From the IMG/VR virus record IMGVR_UViG_3300005512_000151, positions 1 through 34,651 of that record: 34,651 bases of DNA; one strand, given 5' to 3'. Below the pieces are notes generated by a model that saw only the letters and a list, made by a program, of their open reading frames with translations, did no database searches and was not told the DNA's origin. Shown here one piece after another: positions 8,280-16,431 of this stretch. Positions within the stretch are counted from its first letter, which is position 1; every line of letters starts with the position of its first letter. Origin of the DNA: a virus (taxonomy: Duplodnaviria > Caudoviricetes). The translations under genes were made by a program, and so were the position numbers.

Positions 8280-8456
8280 CTAATTATATACTATTTCAAT
8301 CGACTTTACAAGTTGTTTTATGCCGCGCTTGATTAAATCCATATTCTGCGAGACGATACCGGCGGCGACCCGACCCATGCCCGCCCAGAATTGACTATCA
8401 TCCATCAGCTTAGTCAGGCTGCCAGCCAACGCTAACATAATCTCACGTTCGGTCAT
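8280..8456 (-). CDS. Small hypothetical protein (58 aa)
   Basis: Below the ORF-track cutoff: MTEREIMLALAGSLTKLMDDSQFWAGMGRVAAGIVSQNMDLIKRGIKQLVKSIEIVYN; ATGA overlap with the upstream stop. Confidence 0.55.
   Translation of the reverse strand: MTEREIMLALAGSLTKLMDDSQFWAGMGRVAAGIVSQNMDLIKRGIKQLVKSIEIVYN
8283..8311 (-). promoter_or_regulatory. Sigma70-type promoter for head/tail genes
   Basis: TTGTAA-17 bp-TATAAT. Confidence 0.7.
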
Positions 8457-8791
8457 TTCTCGATTGCCTTCTGCCCGGCGACTTCCAACCCGCGCCGCTC
8501 TAACAATGGGCGGCGTATCCAGCCGCGTTGGGGCAACTGGTCATCGGGTGGGTGTAACTCCTCAATCAGACAGTGAGCCTTGATATCCTTGATAACCTTG
8601 ACCCGTGCGCCATGCGCCAGGATGCCGCTGATATTATCCACGCCGAACGGCTTGTCATGCTCTCGGTACAATAATGCCATCTTGACGGTCAATAGTCCAC
8701 GCGTGCCGCTATGCTCGTAGCGGTCGATGCCGCAGATAGCGTCGTGATTTGGGTCTGGTTTCGTTTGCGCTTTACTGGTCTTTGATTTCAC
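8453..8791 (-). CDS. Hypothetical protein, possible SH3-like fold
   Basis: 112 aa; LAHGARVKVI...RGWIRRPLL pattern; coupled to both neighbours. Confidence 0.45.
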   Translation of the reverse strand: MKSKTSKAQTKPDPNHDAICGIDRYEHSGTRGLLTVKMALLYREHDKPFGVDNISGILAHGARVKVIKDIKAHCLIEELHPPDDQLPQRGWIRRPLLERRGLEVAGQKAIEK

Positions 8792-9252
8792 AATCCTACC
8801 TCCCGGATGGTTTTATCAACCCATCGCTGATATATCCTGGTGATCTCACCTAGTCTCTCTTTGGCAACGTCGTACAGTTTGCGCCATCCGATCTTTGCCA
8901 TCGCCTGCGCCTGCTTTGCGCCGCCCAGGTAGGGCGCATAAGTCGCACGGTTGCCAATGCTGGTTATGTACGGCTGCGCGCTGATCGTGAACTGTGTCCC
9001 GTACCGCTCTGATGAGCCGGTATTATTATTCGGGCTTGTCCACGTGCCTTTACCGCGCTCATAGTACGGGTAGGGCGGCATGTTGGCGTCTGTCATAGAC
9101 GGGTACTTCTGCAACCCCTCCTGCCCAATGACCAGCGCCCCGGCTTCACGTCCAGCGGCTTGCAGGTTTCCCGCAACGGTACGCGGAAAACGCACAAAGG
9201 CGGCGACGATTTTATCAAGGTTCTCTAACTTGATTTCGAGTACGTCACTCAT
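8788..9252 (-). CDS. HK97 gp10-like/neck morphogenesis protein
   Basis: MSDVLEIKLENLDKI start and IGNRATYAPYL motif; follows MuF. Confidence 0.6.
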   Translation of the reverse strand: MSDVLEIKLENLDKIVAAFVRFPRTVAGNLQAAGREAGALVIGQEGLQKYPSMTDANMPPYPYYERGKGTWTSPNNNTGSSERYGTQFTISAQPYITSIGNRATYAPYLGGAKQAQAMAKIGWRKLYDVAKERLGEITRIYQRWVDKTIREVGL

Positions 9253-10057
9253 CGCCGATCCTCGTTGTAGTCTGTGTCCAGCATCTGCATCTTGTGTGCG
9301 CTGGCGGGTTGTAGATGTTGCCATCAAAGTATTCGTTGATACCTACCTCTTTACCTTCCAGCGGGCCGCATACCGGACAAACCCGATCATCCCGGTTTGT
9401 GTACCAGATTTTGACAACCGGTACGCCAGGGTGGAGATGCGCTAACTCCTCGCCTGCTATCTGTGTGGCTTTAGCGTAGACGTTGGTGATCTCAGTTACC
9501 GCAACGGTCAAGGCTCGATCTGGGCCAAGTGTGTATTTCAATGAGCCAATTACATCGCCAACGGTCATCCCAGGATTTTCTACAAACTGTGTCAGTGTTT
9601 TCCTAAGCGCCTTCGTGGTGGTCTCGTCCAATTGTTCTACTAATCGCCCTGCCTCAGTTGCGGCTATCCGGGCCGCTTCTGCATTGACGCCGGTCAGGTC
9701 AATGGCTGGCCTGACCAACTCTGAGAACATCAGTACGCCATCATTAGCGGCGGCGGTGAATATGCGGATGAGTTCCGCTAGTGCATCCTCGCTGCCGTCA
9801 TACAATAACAGGTCATAGGGTAGGGCTATATCCACCTTGCGCCCAGGGTAGGCGGTCTCAAGATAGCTGATGACCTCCTTCCGCTGCTGCCTGAAATGCT
9901 TTGATATCGCCCGGATGATGCGCGTCTCGAATATCATCTTCTCCTCAAGATGCGGTTCTCTAGGGTCTCGTGCCTTGATTGCATCCGGTACGGCGATACC
10001 GTAGGACTGCAATTGGGCGATACTGCGCCATATGAGGCGGTCGGCCTGGTAATTCAT
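9245..10057 (-). CDS. MuF/SPP1 gp7-like minor head protein
   Basis: Motifs AVTEIT, KIWYTNRDDRVCPVCGPL and PPAHTRCRC. Confidence 0.88.
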   Translation of the reverse strand: MNYQADRLIWRSIAQLQSYGIAVPDAIKARDPREPHLEEKMIFETRIIRAISKHFRQQRKEVISYLETAYPGRKVDIALPYDLLLYDGSEDALAELIRIFTAAANDGVLMFSELVRPAIDLTGVNAEAARIAATEAGRLVEQLDETTTKALRKTLTQFVENPGMTVGDVIGSLKYTLGPDRALTVAVTEITNVYAKATQIAGEELAHLHPGVPVVKIWYTNRDDRVCPVCGPLEGKEVGINEYFDGNIYNPPAHTRCRCWTQTTTRIGDE

Positions 10058-10061
10058 CCGT

Positions 10062-10289
10062 TTATCCTATCGTCACCGACGCATCAACTTGATCGTCAAT
10101 CCATGCGACTTTTTTTATGGTCTTTATGATGTCTCTGTTCATGCCATCGACATACATCTCGACCGTAACCGTAATGGCTTTATTGGGTTCTACGTCTAAT
10201 CTTAGGCGTAAAACTTTTTCAGGGTCTACCCCAAACGCCCTGCACAATTCACCAGCCCAGGGATTTTTACCGGATATAGCACCCATCAC
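10062..10289 (-). CDS. Hypothetical protein inserted between portal and MuF
   Basis: 75 aa ORF coupled to the portal stop; locally AT-richer. Confidence 0.55.
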   Translation of the reverse strand: MMGAISGKNPWAGELCRAFGVDPEKVLRLRLDVEPNKAITVTVEMYVDGMNRDIIKTIKKVAWIDDQVDASVTIG

Positions 10290-11836
10290 TCCACCTGTCC
10301 TCTCATCACTGATACCGCCTCAGTCAACGCATTGACCAACGCCGGGATATCGTCTATCGGTTTCATGGGTTGCCGGAATATGGCGGCTATATCGGCCTTT
10401 GTGTTGGCGTCCTTCAACGCGTCCCTGATTATCCGCTGTTCGTCCGGGTCGATGTGTTTGCAGCGGTATGATCGTCCCAACTTTGCGCCGCGTTCCAGTG
10501 TGAATTGATACCATGCGCCCAACTCTGCACGGGCGGCGGTATCTACGTTGTCGCGGTCATCTGGTTCGTTTGCCGGTTGCATCTCTGTTGAGAGTAACTC
10601 TCCCTCAACCGGGACGCCGGCGCCAACCTCTGACGGTAACAGTAGGCCGCGCTCGTCGCCTATCGGGTCGCTACCGTATCGCCGCCTGCGTACCTCATCA
10701 ACGGTGTGGTATCGTGAGTATTCGGCTGTCTCGCTAATCTCCAGCACCCGGTCAATCTGGCGCACATCCTCAAACTCTGCCATCAGGTTATCGCCGTAGA
10801 CGGGTAACAGGTTGTTGGTGATCTTGTCACCAATACTGGTCAGCATCGGGTAGACTGTGAACTCCAGGAATGTCGCCTTGCCGGTCTTGCTGCTGGCCTC
10901 GGTACTGTTGACTGCCAGCATGGACGCCAATCCGGGGGCCATGACGCCGAATATCTCATCACGAGTGAACTCACGACCTGCAAGGAACTCCATTTCTTTT
11001 TGTGTGGCGGCGGCCTGCATCCACTTGACATCACCCGCACCCGTACCACGTAGCATCATGTAATTCCGTTTTGCGCTGGCGTCTGCGACCTGGTCAAGTA
11101 GCTTTTTCCAGTCGGTATCATTGATCGCATCGGCAAACGCCAGGATGCCGGGTAGCCGTCCGTTGTTCTCGCCGAATAGCTTTGTATTCCATTTTGCCGC
11201 TTCGATGTCGCCCGCCGCCTGGACTGCAAATGCTTCGATAGCCGATAGTCCCACGAACTGGCTGAACGGGTTATACGTTTTGAAATGCACAATCTCCCAG
11301 GGGTTCAGGGCAATTGGCTGCCCGTTGCCAGGGTCATACAGATAACCGCGTAGGAATTGCCGCTCATCCGGCACAGGTACAATCTGATTGCTCTCGATAA
11401 TCCACAGCTCTGACGGTGGACTGTTCTCGCTGGTACGGTTCAACCACCAATAAGCGTTGCCGGTCAGCTTCAACCCTGCGACGGTCGCCTCCAGGAACTC
11501 AAAACGACTGTGCAGCGGGTTGGGACGTTGCAACAGCATCTCAAGTGGGTGGTTCTGAATATCCTCTAACTCCTCGCCTGCCCGTTTCTTGACATTCAAC
11601 ACGGTCGGCGCGGCGGTCTGTGCGGTCATCTTGACGGCGGTATGTACCCAGGATAGACGGCGGTATAACTCCGCCTGGTTGCGGTATAGACTGTAATCCG
11701 GTATACTCCACTTCTCCACGCCTGCATCAGCCAACGCCCAGCCGGGCCACTGATTACCGGATGCTTTCATGATGTCCACGACTTCGCGCCGGTTGATATA
11801 TCCTATTCTGTTGAGTGCATTTTGTATGATGCCCAT
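10286..11836 (-). CDS. Portal protein (HK97 family)
   Basis: Motifs HPLEMLLQRPNP, LTGNAYW, EIVHFK, GLSAIE, PGIL and TVDEVRR; follows TerL; RBS GAGAGG before ATG 11836. Confidence 0.93.
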   Translation of the reverse strand: MGIIQNALNRIGYINRREVVDIMKASGNQWPGWALADAGVEKWSIPDYSLYRNQAELYRRLSWVHTAVKMTAQTAAPTVLNVKKRAGEELEDIQNHPLEMLLQRPNPLHSRFEFLEATVAGLKLTGNAYWWLNRTSENSPPSELWIIESNQIVPVPDERQFLRGYLYDPGNGQPIALNPWEIVHFKTYNPFSQFVGLSAIEAFAVQAAGDIEAAKWNTKLFGENNGRLPGILAFADAINDTDWKKLLDQVADASAKRNYMMLRGTGAGDVKWMQAAATQKEMEFLAGREFTRDEIFGVMAPGLASMLAVNSTEASSKTGKATFLEFTVYPMLTSIGDKITNNLLPVYGDNLMAEFEDVRQIDRVLEISETAEYSRYHTVDEVRRRRYGSDPIGDERGLLLPSEVGAGVPVEGELLSTEMQPANEPDDRDNVDTAARAELGAWYQFTLERGAKLGRSYRCKHIDPDEQRIIRDALKDANTKADIAAIFRQPMKPIDDIPALVNALTEAVSVMRGQVE

Positions 11837-11849
11837 AGTTTGTTTCCTC

Positions 11850-13334
11850 TCACGCAAAGTCAATCAGGCTGCCCGTCATGCCGCTGTAATTCGCCAGTAA
11901 AATACTTTCGCCTTTATCCGGGCTGCGCCCCAATCTGGATTTAATATCCTCTTTGGCCTCGATCTGCACACCTGCGGTGGTCAGTTTATATCTGGCTGCG
12001 CACAGATCAGCAACAATCTCATTCCCAGGCGGCAATGCGATATCATCACCATAGACCGGGTCGAGCGCATCTCTCATGCGCCAGTAATACTCCGCTCTGA
12101 TGTTACGCATCTTCAGTTTTCCAGAACGATCACGATAATTAGATGCGCCGGCCGCATTGACCGGGATAACATTGCCGTACATCGGTTTGAGACTGTCATA
12201 GACCGATGAGCCGATACCAACCACGTCAACGTATAATGCGCCTGGGTCTTCGTCTTTCAGTGTGTTACGCACCAGGGCGGCGACGGTTGGGCCATCATTA
12301 GCGACTGTTCCAGGCCAGAATATCAACTCAGCAAACCAGTTATCATATCGTTTTGATAGGCTGGTGTTATCGCTGCCGCCTCTTGACGGGTCAAGTCCGG
12401 CGGCGGTCAGCTTTGCGCCTGTTGGCTGCTCTCGCTCCATCCATCGCCGTTGCGCCATGCGTACCCACTCAGTCGGTATGACCTGGAAGGGGTCAGCCTG
12501 TGCAGCCGCTTTGAAGTCGCCGTTTAGCAGTTGTGATCTGAGAGGCTCTGGTAGTGATTGCAGTACTGCTCTATACCGGTTATCCTGTGAGTAGTATGGG
12601 TTATCCTCTAAGCGTGCCGGGATAAATGTCCGGCTGCGTGGGTGGATGATCTCGCCGCCAGCCTCGAAACTCTCGCCGCTTGTAAATTCTCGTTCCTCGC
12701 CATCAACGGTGGCATACCAGCGCAACTCTCCGGGTTTCGCCGGGTTGGGGTGCATATCGTCCAGCCATGCGCCCCACCTGCGTATAATCCATGAGCCAGC
12801 CTCGTCAAGCGGCGGGTTGCCTGTTGCGACTACCCGCACGCGTTGCCCAGGGTCAGTCGTGCGATTCCAGCCGCAGATAAACTCATACTGACTTTCGGTA
12901 AACTCTGGCAGTTCGTCAAAGGCTTTCAAGTCGTGCGGCCTCCCCTGCCAGTCTGATTTGCTGTCCTCATACTGCACCGCTCCAAACTCGATGGTACGGC
13001 CATCTGGAAACGTCCATGTTTTATCCGATTTGTTCTCATTAGCAACATCCTGGATAAGCTCCCGGCAATTCCTGATAATCTCTTTCAGGTTCGGGTACAC
13101 TCGCCGAAAGATTGCGCTGTGCTTGTGACACTCTACCGCCAGCCCGATGACAAGCGAGGTCTTTCCGCCGCCTGCTGCTCCGCCGTAAAAGAGTTCGTCC
13201 GCACGTGACAACAACGCTTCCCATTGCGGTCTACTCTGTGGTATCCATAACGCCGTCCGATCCTGTACCCTCATCAGGTACGCTTTTTCGGATAGCATTA
13301 GCGAGTGTAGATATTGCTCGATTGTATTCTGCAT
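11850..13334 (-). CDS. terL: Terminase large subunit
   Basis: Walker A YGGAAGGGKT, Walker B FDELPEF, ATGNP motif, nuclease motifs GLDPSRGGSD and SPDKGES. Confidence 0.95.
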   Translation of the reverse strand: MQNTIEQYLHSLMLSEKAYLMRVQDRTALWIPQSRPQWEALLSRADELFYGGAAGGGKTSLVIGLAVECHKHSAIFRRVYPNLKEIIRNCRELIQDVANENKSDKTWTFPDGRTIEFGAVQYEDSKSDWQGRPHDLKAFDELPEFTESQYEFICGWNRTTDPGQRVRVVATGNPPLDEAGSWIIRRWGAWLDDMHPNPAKPGELRWYATVDGEEREFTSGESFEAGGEIIHPRSRTFIPARLEDNPYYSQDNRYRAVLQSLPEPLRSQLLNGDFKAAAQADPFQVIPTEWVRMAQRRWMEREQPTGAKLTAAGLDPSRGGSDNTSLSKRYDNWFAELIFWPGTVANDGPTVAALVRNTLKDEDPGALYVDVVGIGSSVYDSLKPMYGNVIPVNAAGASNYRDRSGKLKMRNIRAEYYWRMRDALDPVYGDDIALPPGNEIVADLCAARYKLTTAGVQIEAKEDIKSRLGRSPDKGESILLANYSGMTGSLIDFA

Positions 13335-13599
13335 CTGTCACTTTCGTTGTGATCTCTCCACTGTGGTCTACGTCCAACCTCTGCACCGGAGGCCCAAGTA
13401 AATAATCCGCTAAAAATTTTCTTGCGGATGTGTCGCCTCGTTTAGCCTGGTCTACTGCTTTTTGGCAGATATCACCCCATTCCTTGAACGTGCATTTGCT
13501 CTGCATGATTTCGTAATAGCGAAGCTCGCGTTCCTTTTTAGGACGCCCTGCCGGATTTCCCGTCTTGCCCTTTACAAACTGTCCGCTATCGTTTCTCAT
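13231..13599 (-). CDS. terS: Terminase small subunit (DUF5681-like N-terminus)
   Basis: GQFVKGKTGNPAGRPKK motif; immediately upstream of, and overlapping, TerL. Confidence 0.78.
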   Translation of the reverse strand: MRNDSGQFVKGKTGNPAGRPKKERELRYYEIMQSKCTFKEWGDICQKAVDQAKRGDTSARKFLADYLLGPPVQRLDVDHSGEITTKVTDAEYNRAISTLANAIRKSVPDEGTGSDGVMDTTE

Positions 13600-13628
13600 A
13601 TCCTGATATTTTGCCTGCTAACAGGTTT

Positions 13629-13802
13629 TCAATCCTCAAACACAATTGCGCCCTTGATAATTCCAGGAACGTGCCTTGCGCCTTCGATGCCTTGTTCCTG
13701 GCTGGTCTCGCTGAAGTCCACCACCCAACGGATTGTCCCATCTGCCAAAGTCTGCACCCTGGTCAATTGCGCCTCAAACTCCACCGCCTTGACCTCGCTC
13801 AC
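13629..13802 (-). CDS. Small hypothetical protein (57 aa)
   Basis: GTG start at 13802 with GGAGG RBS; VSEVKAVEFEAQLTRVQTLADGTIRWVVDF. Confidence 0.55.
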   Translation of the reverse strand: MSEVKAVEFEAQLTRVQTLADGTIRWVVDFSETSQEQGIEGARHVPGIIKGAIVFED

Positions 13803-13879
13803 CGCATCCTCCACAACGTATAAGCCACGATAGCGAGGCAAGCCATCAGGAAGGCATAGGTCAGCAGGGGGTCAGTCAC
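13799..13879 (-). CDS. 26-aa single-pass membrane peptide
   Basis: MTDPLLTYAFLMACLAIVAYTLWRMR; GTGA overlaps at both ends; GGAGG RBS upstream. Confidence 0.5.
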   Translation of the reverse strand: MTDPLLTYAFLMACLAIVAYTLWRMR

Positions 13880-14544
13880 GACTGCACCTCCACCAATACA
13901 TCATCCTCATACACTGATGCGCAGTACATGCCTGCGCCGAGGTCTAACCAGATATCGCCGCCATCCTCGATCATGCCGTAGTAGCCTATTGTCAGTCCAT
14001 AGGGTAGGCGTGATACCTGTTTGTACCTGATACCTGCACCGTTGCGCACGTTGAGACCATTACGAGCCATTACACGGCCATAGCCTGCGGGGTCATCTGC
14101 TTCGGGTAGGTCGGGATCATCAGCGTCCACAAAATACGGTTCAGGGTCAATCCAGCCTCTCCAGGGGTCGTTATCCGGGTAGTCGTTGCGCCTCAGCCCA
14201 AAGTGCAGATGCGGGGCGGTCGAATTGCCAGTGTTGCCGGATACGCCAATCTTGTCGCCTGCCTTGACCGTGCGCCCCGTCCACACTTCCCGATTGCTAG
14301 ACAGGTGAGCGTACAGCGTGTAATGCGTGTCGTGGTCGATCTTGACATAGATGCCATATCCCTGCTCATCGTTGCCATACCCAATCACCACACCATCAGC
14401 GGCGGCCAGGATAGGCGTACCCACCGGAATGCCGTAATCAATTCCGTTATGGGCAGGTAGGCCGAAGCCAGCATACCATTCGGGATGTTCGCCGAAGTTC
14501 TGCGTCACTGGGTATTGACCGGAGAAGGGCAGTGATAGGTTCAC
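13876..14544 (-). CDS. Endolysin: M23 peptidase + SH3b cell-wall-binding domain
   Basis: HNGID, YAHLS and GNSTAPHLHF M23 motifs; acidic linker; GLNVRNGAG SH3b motif. Confidence 0.92.
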   Translation of the reverse strand: MNLSLPFSGQYPVTQNFGEHPEWYAGFGLPAHNGIDYGIPVGTPILAAADGVVIGYGNDEQGYGIYVKIDHDTHYTLYAHLSSNREVWTGRTVKAGDKIGVSGNTGNSTAPHLHFGLRRNDYPDNDPWRGWIDPEPYFVDADDPDLPEADDPAGYGRVMARNGLNVRNGAGIRYKQVSRLPYGLTIGYYGMIEDGGDIWLDLGAGMYCASVYEDDVLVEVQS

Positions 14545-14864
14545 GGTTTCCTTACCTCATACGTGGGCGGCTCCCAGACCGGCTCATCTCCGTTCTTGCG
14601 GATCTGCATCGCCAGCCGGTGAGCCCCTTCGATGACTTCATCAAGCTTGATCTCCAACTCGGTTATTCGCTGTTTCAGTGGTTCGATCTCTTTTCGCAAC
14701 TTGTCCACCTCGTCCTGGTAGGGTTTCAACAATGCCAGTGTCGCCGTTGATAAACTCGTGTCGTTTGATACCCTATCCCGTTTAGATTGCTGTATCAGTG
14801 CGCCTATGCCCGATATAGCCCCAACTGCTGCGCCAATGATGGCGATTATCGTGCCGGTTTCCAT
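14541..14864 (-). CDS. Membrane-anchored coiled-coil protein of the lysis cassette
   Basis: N-terminal TM segment (IIAIIGAAVGAISGIGALI) then a heptad coiled coil; adjacent to the endolysin. Confidence 0.62.
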   Translation of the reverse strand: METGTIIAIIGAAVGAISGIGALIQQSKRDRVSNDTSLSTATLALLKPYQDEVDKLRKEIEPLKQRITELEIKLDEVIEGAHRLAMQIRKNGDEPVWEPPTYEVRKP

Positions 14865-15118
14865 GTGTACAATCTCCAAAACAGCTCAAGAGACACATAG
14901 ATTAGGGCATGCACTCTCAGCCACTGCGACCAATCCGAGTAACTAACCCCATTAATCCCGACACACCAGCGCACGCCGTAAAATATTAGGACGTGCGCCA
15001 GGTAGGTGATCGCCGGGACTTGTCGCCGCCACTGACAGGGTACGCGCCAGATGATGACTGTCAGCATACCCATGCAGATAGCGGCCAGGATTAGAGAGGC
15101 AAACTGCGGGGCGTCCAC
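14846..15118 (-). CDS. Small multi-pass membrane protein (holin/antiholin candidate)
   Basis: 90 aa with ~3 hydrophobic segments; GTG start coupled to the upstream stop. Confidence 0.55.
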   Translation of the reverse strand: MDAPQFASLILAAICMGMLTVIIWRVPCQWRRQVPAITYLAHVLIFYGVRWCVGINGVSYSDWSQWLRVHALIYVSLELFWRLYTWKPAR

Positions 15119-15399
15119 TATTTATCAGCTTGCAGTGCCTTGTAAAAGATTGTAGCCACTCCAAACACAACACCGACCGAGTTGATAACGGCCTCCAGCG
15201 TCAACGCTTGACCAGCCAGCCCGCCGCTAATGAATACTGACACAAATGCCAGTACCAGGCTTGACAGGGTAGCGATAACGAGAGCCTTGCCGCCGTCCAC
15301 GTCAAAGATGCTCTTGATGAGGCTGATAATCGGCATGCCGGCGAAACCAGCCACGACTGAGATTAGATAGAGTACACTTTCGTCAAAATTCATTTTCAT
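15118..15399 (-). CDS. Holin (putative, 3 TM)
   Basis: 93 aa with three hydrophobic helices; GGAGG RBS; Met-Lys-Met start; first gene of the late operon. Confidence 0.7.
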   Translation of the reverse strand: MKMNFDESVLYLISVVAGFAGMPIISLIKSIFDVDGGKALVIATLSSLVLAFVSVFISGGLAGQALTLEAVINSVGVVFGVATIFYKALQADK

Positions 15400-15417
15400 A
15401 TCCTCCAGTTAGATAAC

Positions 15418-15446
15418 AAAAAAGCCCCGTACACGAGGTACGGGGC
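15418..15446 (-). terminator. Intrinsic terminator in the late-operon leader
   Basis: GCCCCGTAC-CTCGT-GTACGGGGC followed by TTTTTTG. Confidence 0.85.
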
Positions 15447-15514
15447 AATTGCGCGGTTCCTTTTCAGGTGCAGGCGGCCAATTCTGGCGGGCTGCGGTTT
15501 ATTCGATTAGTGTC

Positions 15515-15543
15515 ATTGTAGCATACTTAGGACATTAATTCAA
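15515..15543 (-). promoter_or_regulatory. Late-operon promoter (extended -10)
   Basis: TTGAAT-17 bp-TACAAT with TGn; shares TATGCTACAAT with the promoter at 28037-28065. Confidence 0.75.
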
Positions 15544-15662
15544 GTAATACCTCCGTATTTTTTATCGATCCACGCCACGACCATCAGCAGGGCGCGCTTG
15601 AGTATCAGCATAAACTCCCTCAGGTCGTTATCTGTGCTGTAGGTCGGGCGGGATTCGGTCAT
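15540..15662 (-). CDS. Small hypothetical protein (40 aa)
   Basis: MTESRPTYSTDNDLREFMLILKRALLMVVAWIDKKYGGIT; GGAGG RBS; ATGA coupling. Confidence 0.6.
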   Translation of the reverse strand: MTESRPTYSTDNDLREFMLILKRALLMVVAWIDKKYGGIT

Positions 15663-15790
15663 ATCCTCCACCTGATAATCAGCTGCTCGACCTGGTAACG
15701 AGGCCATAGCAATATCCACATGACACGATAACGCCATGACTTGCGCCACAGTTCGGCGTGCAGGGTGTGGTGGTTGATTTTATCGGTCAT
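15659..15790 (-). CDS. Small Trp/Arg-rich peptide (43 aa)
   Basis: MTDKINHHTLHAELWRKSWRYRVMWILLWPRYQVEQLIIRWRI; GGAGG RBS. Confidence 0.45.
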   Translation of the reverse strand: MTDKINHHTLHAELWRKSWRYRVMWILLWPRYQVEQLIIRWRI

Positions 15791-15890
15791 GTCGCCGCCT
15801 CCAGGGATTGCGCCCGTGTTGCAATTCGGAGAGCCACCACGCCATGATGATTAGCGGCAGGTGCAGGATGTCAAGGAGTTTGGTTAGCAT
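15780..15890 (-). CDS. Small hydrophobic peptide (36 aa)
   Basis: MLTKLLDILHLPLIIMAWWLSELQHGRNPWRRRHDR; overlaps both neighbours. Confidence 0.4.
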   Translation of the reverse strand: MLTKLLDILHLPLIIMAWWLSELQHGRNPWRRRHDR

Positions 15891-15964
15891 AATCCACCAC
15901 CTGCACATCCACATAATAAGAGCAAAATCACGACAACACACACGACCACCAGTACGGCGTCCAT
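15884..15964 (-). CDS. 26-aa hydrophobic peptide with lipobox-like motif
   Basis: MDAVLVVVCVVVILLLLCGCAGGGLC; TGATG coupling to the upstream gene. Confidence 0.4.
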   Translation of the reverse strand: MDAVLVVVCVVVILLLLCGCAGGGLC

Positions 15965-16431
15965 CACTGCACCACCATCCCCGGCTGTGTGTACCGCATG
16001 ATATCCTCCACTGTCACGGCGGGCAGGAGTATCAGCCCGTTCAGAGCGCCCATCCTGATAGGATTAGTCCCGTATATTCTGGACGTAATCATGTCCTGCA
16101 GTGACTTCCCAAGCGCCATCCAGGTGACACGCATCCAGCCAGGACTACCTGAGACCGCCTCACGGATCATGGCCGCCTCTTGCGCCGTGACCTTGCCAAG
16201 CGTCTCGATGCGTCCGGCTGTGATCTGCGCCGCCCAATGCCCCCAAACACTATTTCCTGTGGCGATGACGCTGCCGCCTTTGACCCAATACGTCGCCCCC
16301 TGTGCGGCGTTCATCAGTTCGGACATAACGACCGGGTCTTTCAGGTCGATAACTCCAGTGGCGCATGACGATAGCAGGAATGATGCTACGATGACTAATA
16401 ATAAGACGTGTTCCATGATTTTGTTTCTCAT
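15964..16431 (-). CDS. Lipoprotein
   Basis: Signal peptide with lipobox LLSSC; 155 aa. Confidence 0.7.
   Translation of the reverse strand: MRNKIMEHVLLLVIVASFLLSSCATGVIDLKDPVVMSELMNAAQGATYWVKGGSVIATGNSVWGHWAAQITAGRIETLGKVTAQEAAMIREAVSGSPGWMRVTWMALGKSLQDMITSRIYGTNPIRMGALNGLILLPAVTVEDIMRYTQPGMVVQ

Noticed and set aside
9245-10057. MuF polymorphic toxin
   Set aside because: The protein ends right after the HxxCRC motif; there is no toxin extension.
13231-13334. 104-bp terS/terL overlap as a frameshift fusion
   Set aside because: No slippery heptamer seen; such overlaps are common and the TerL start is uncertain.
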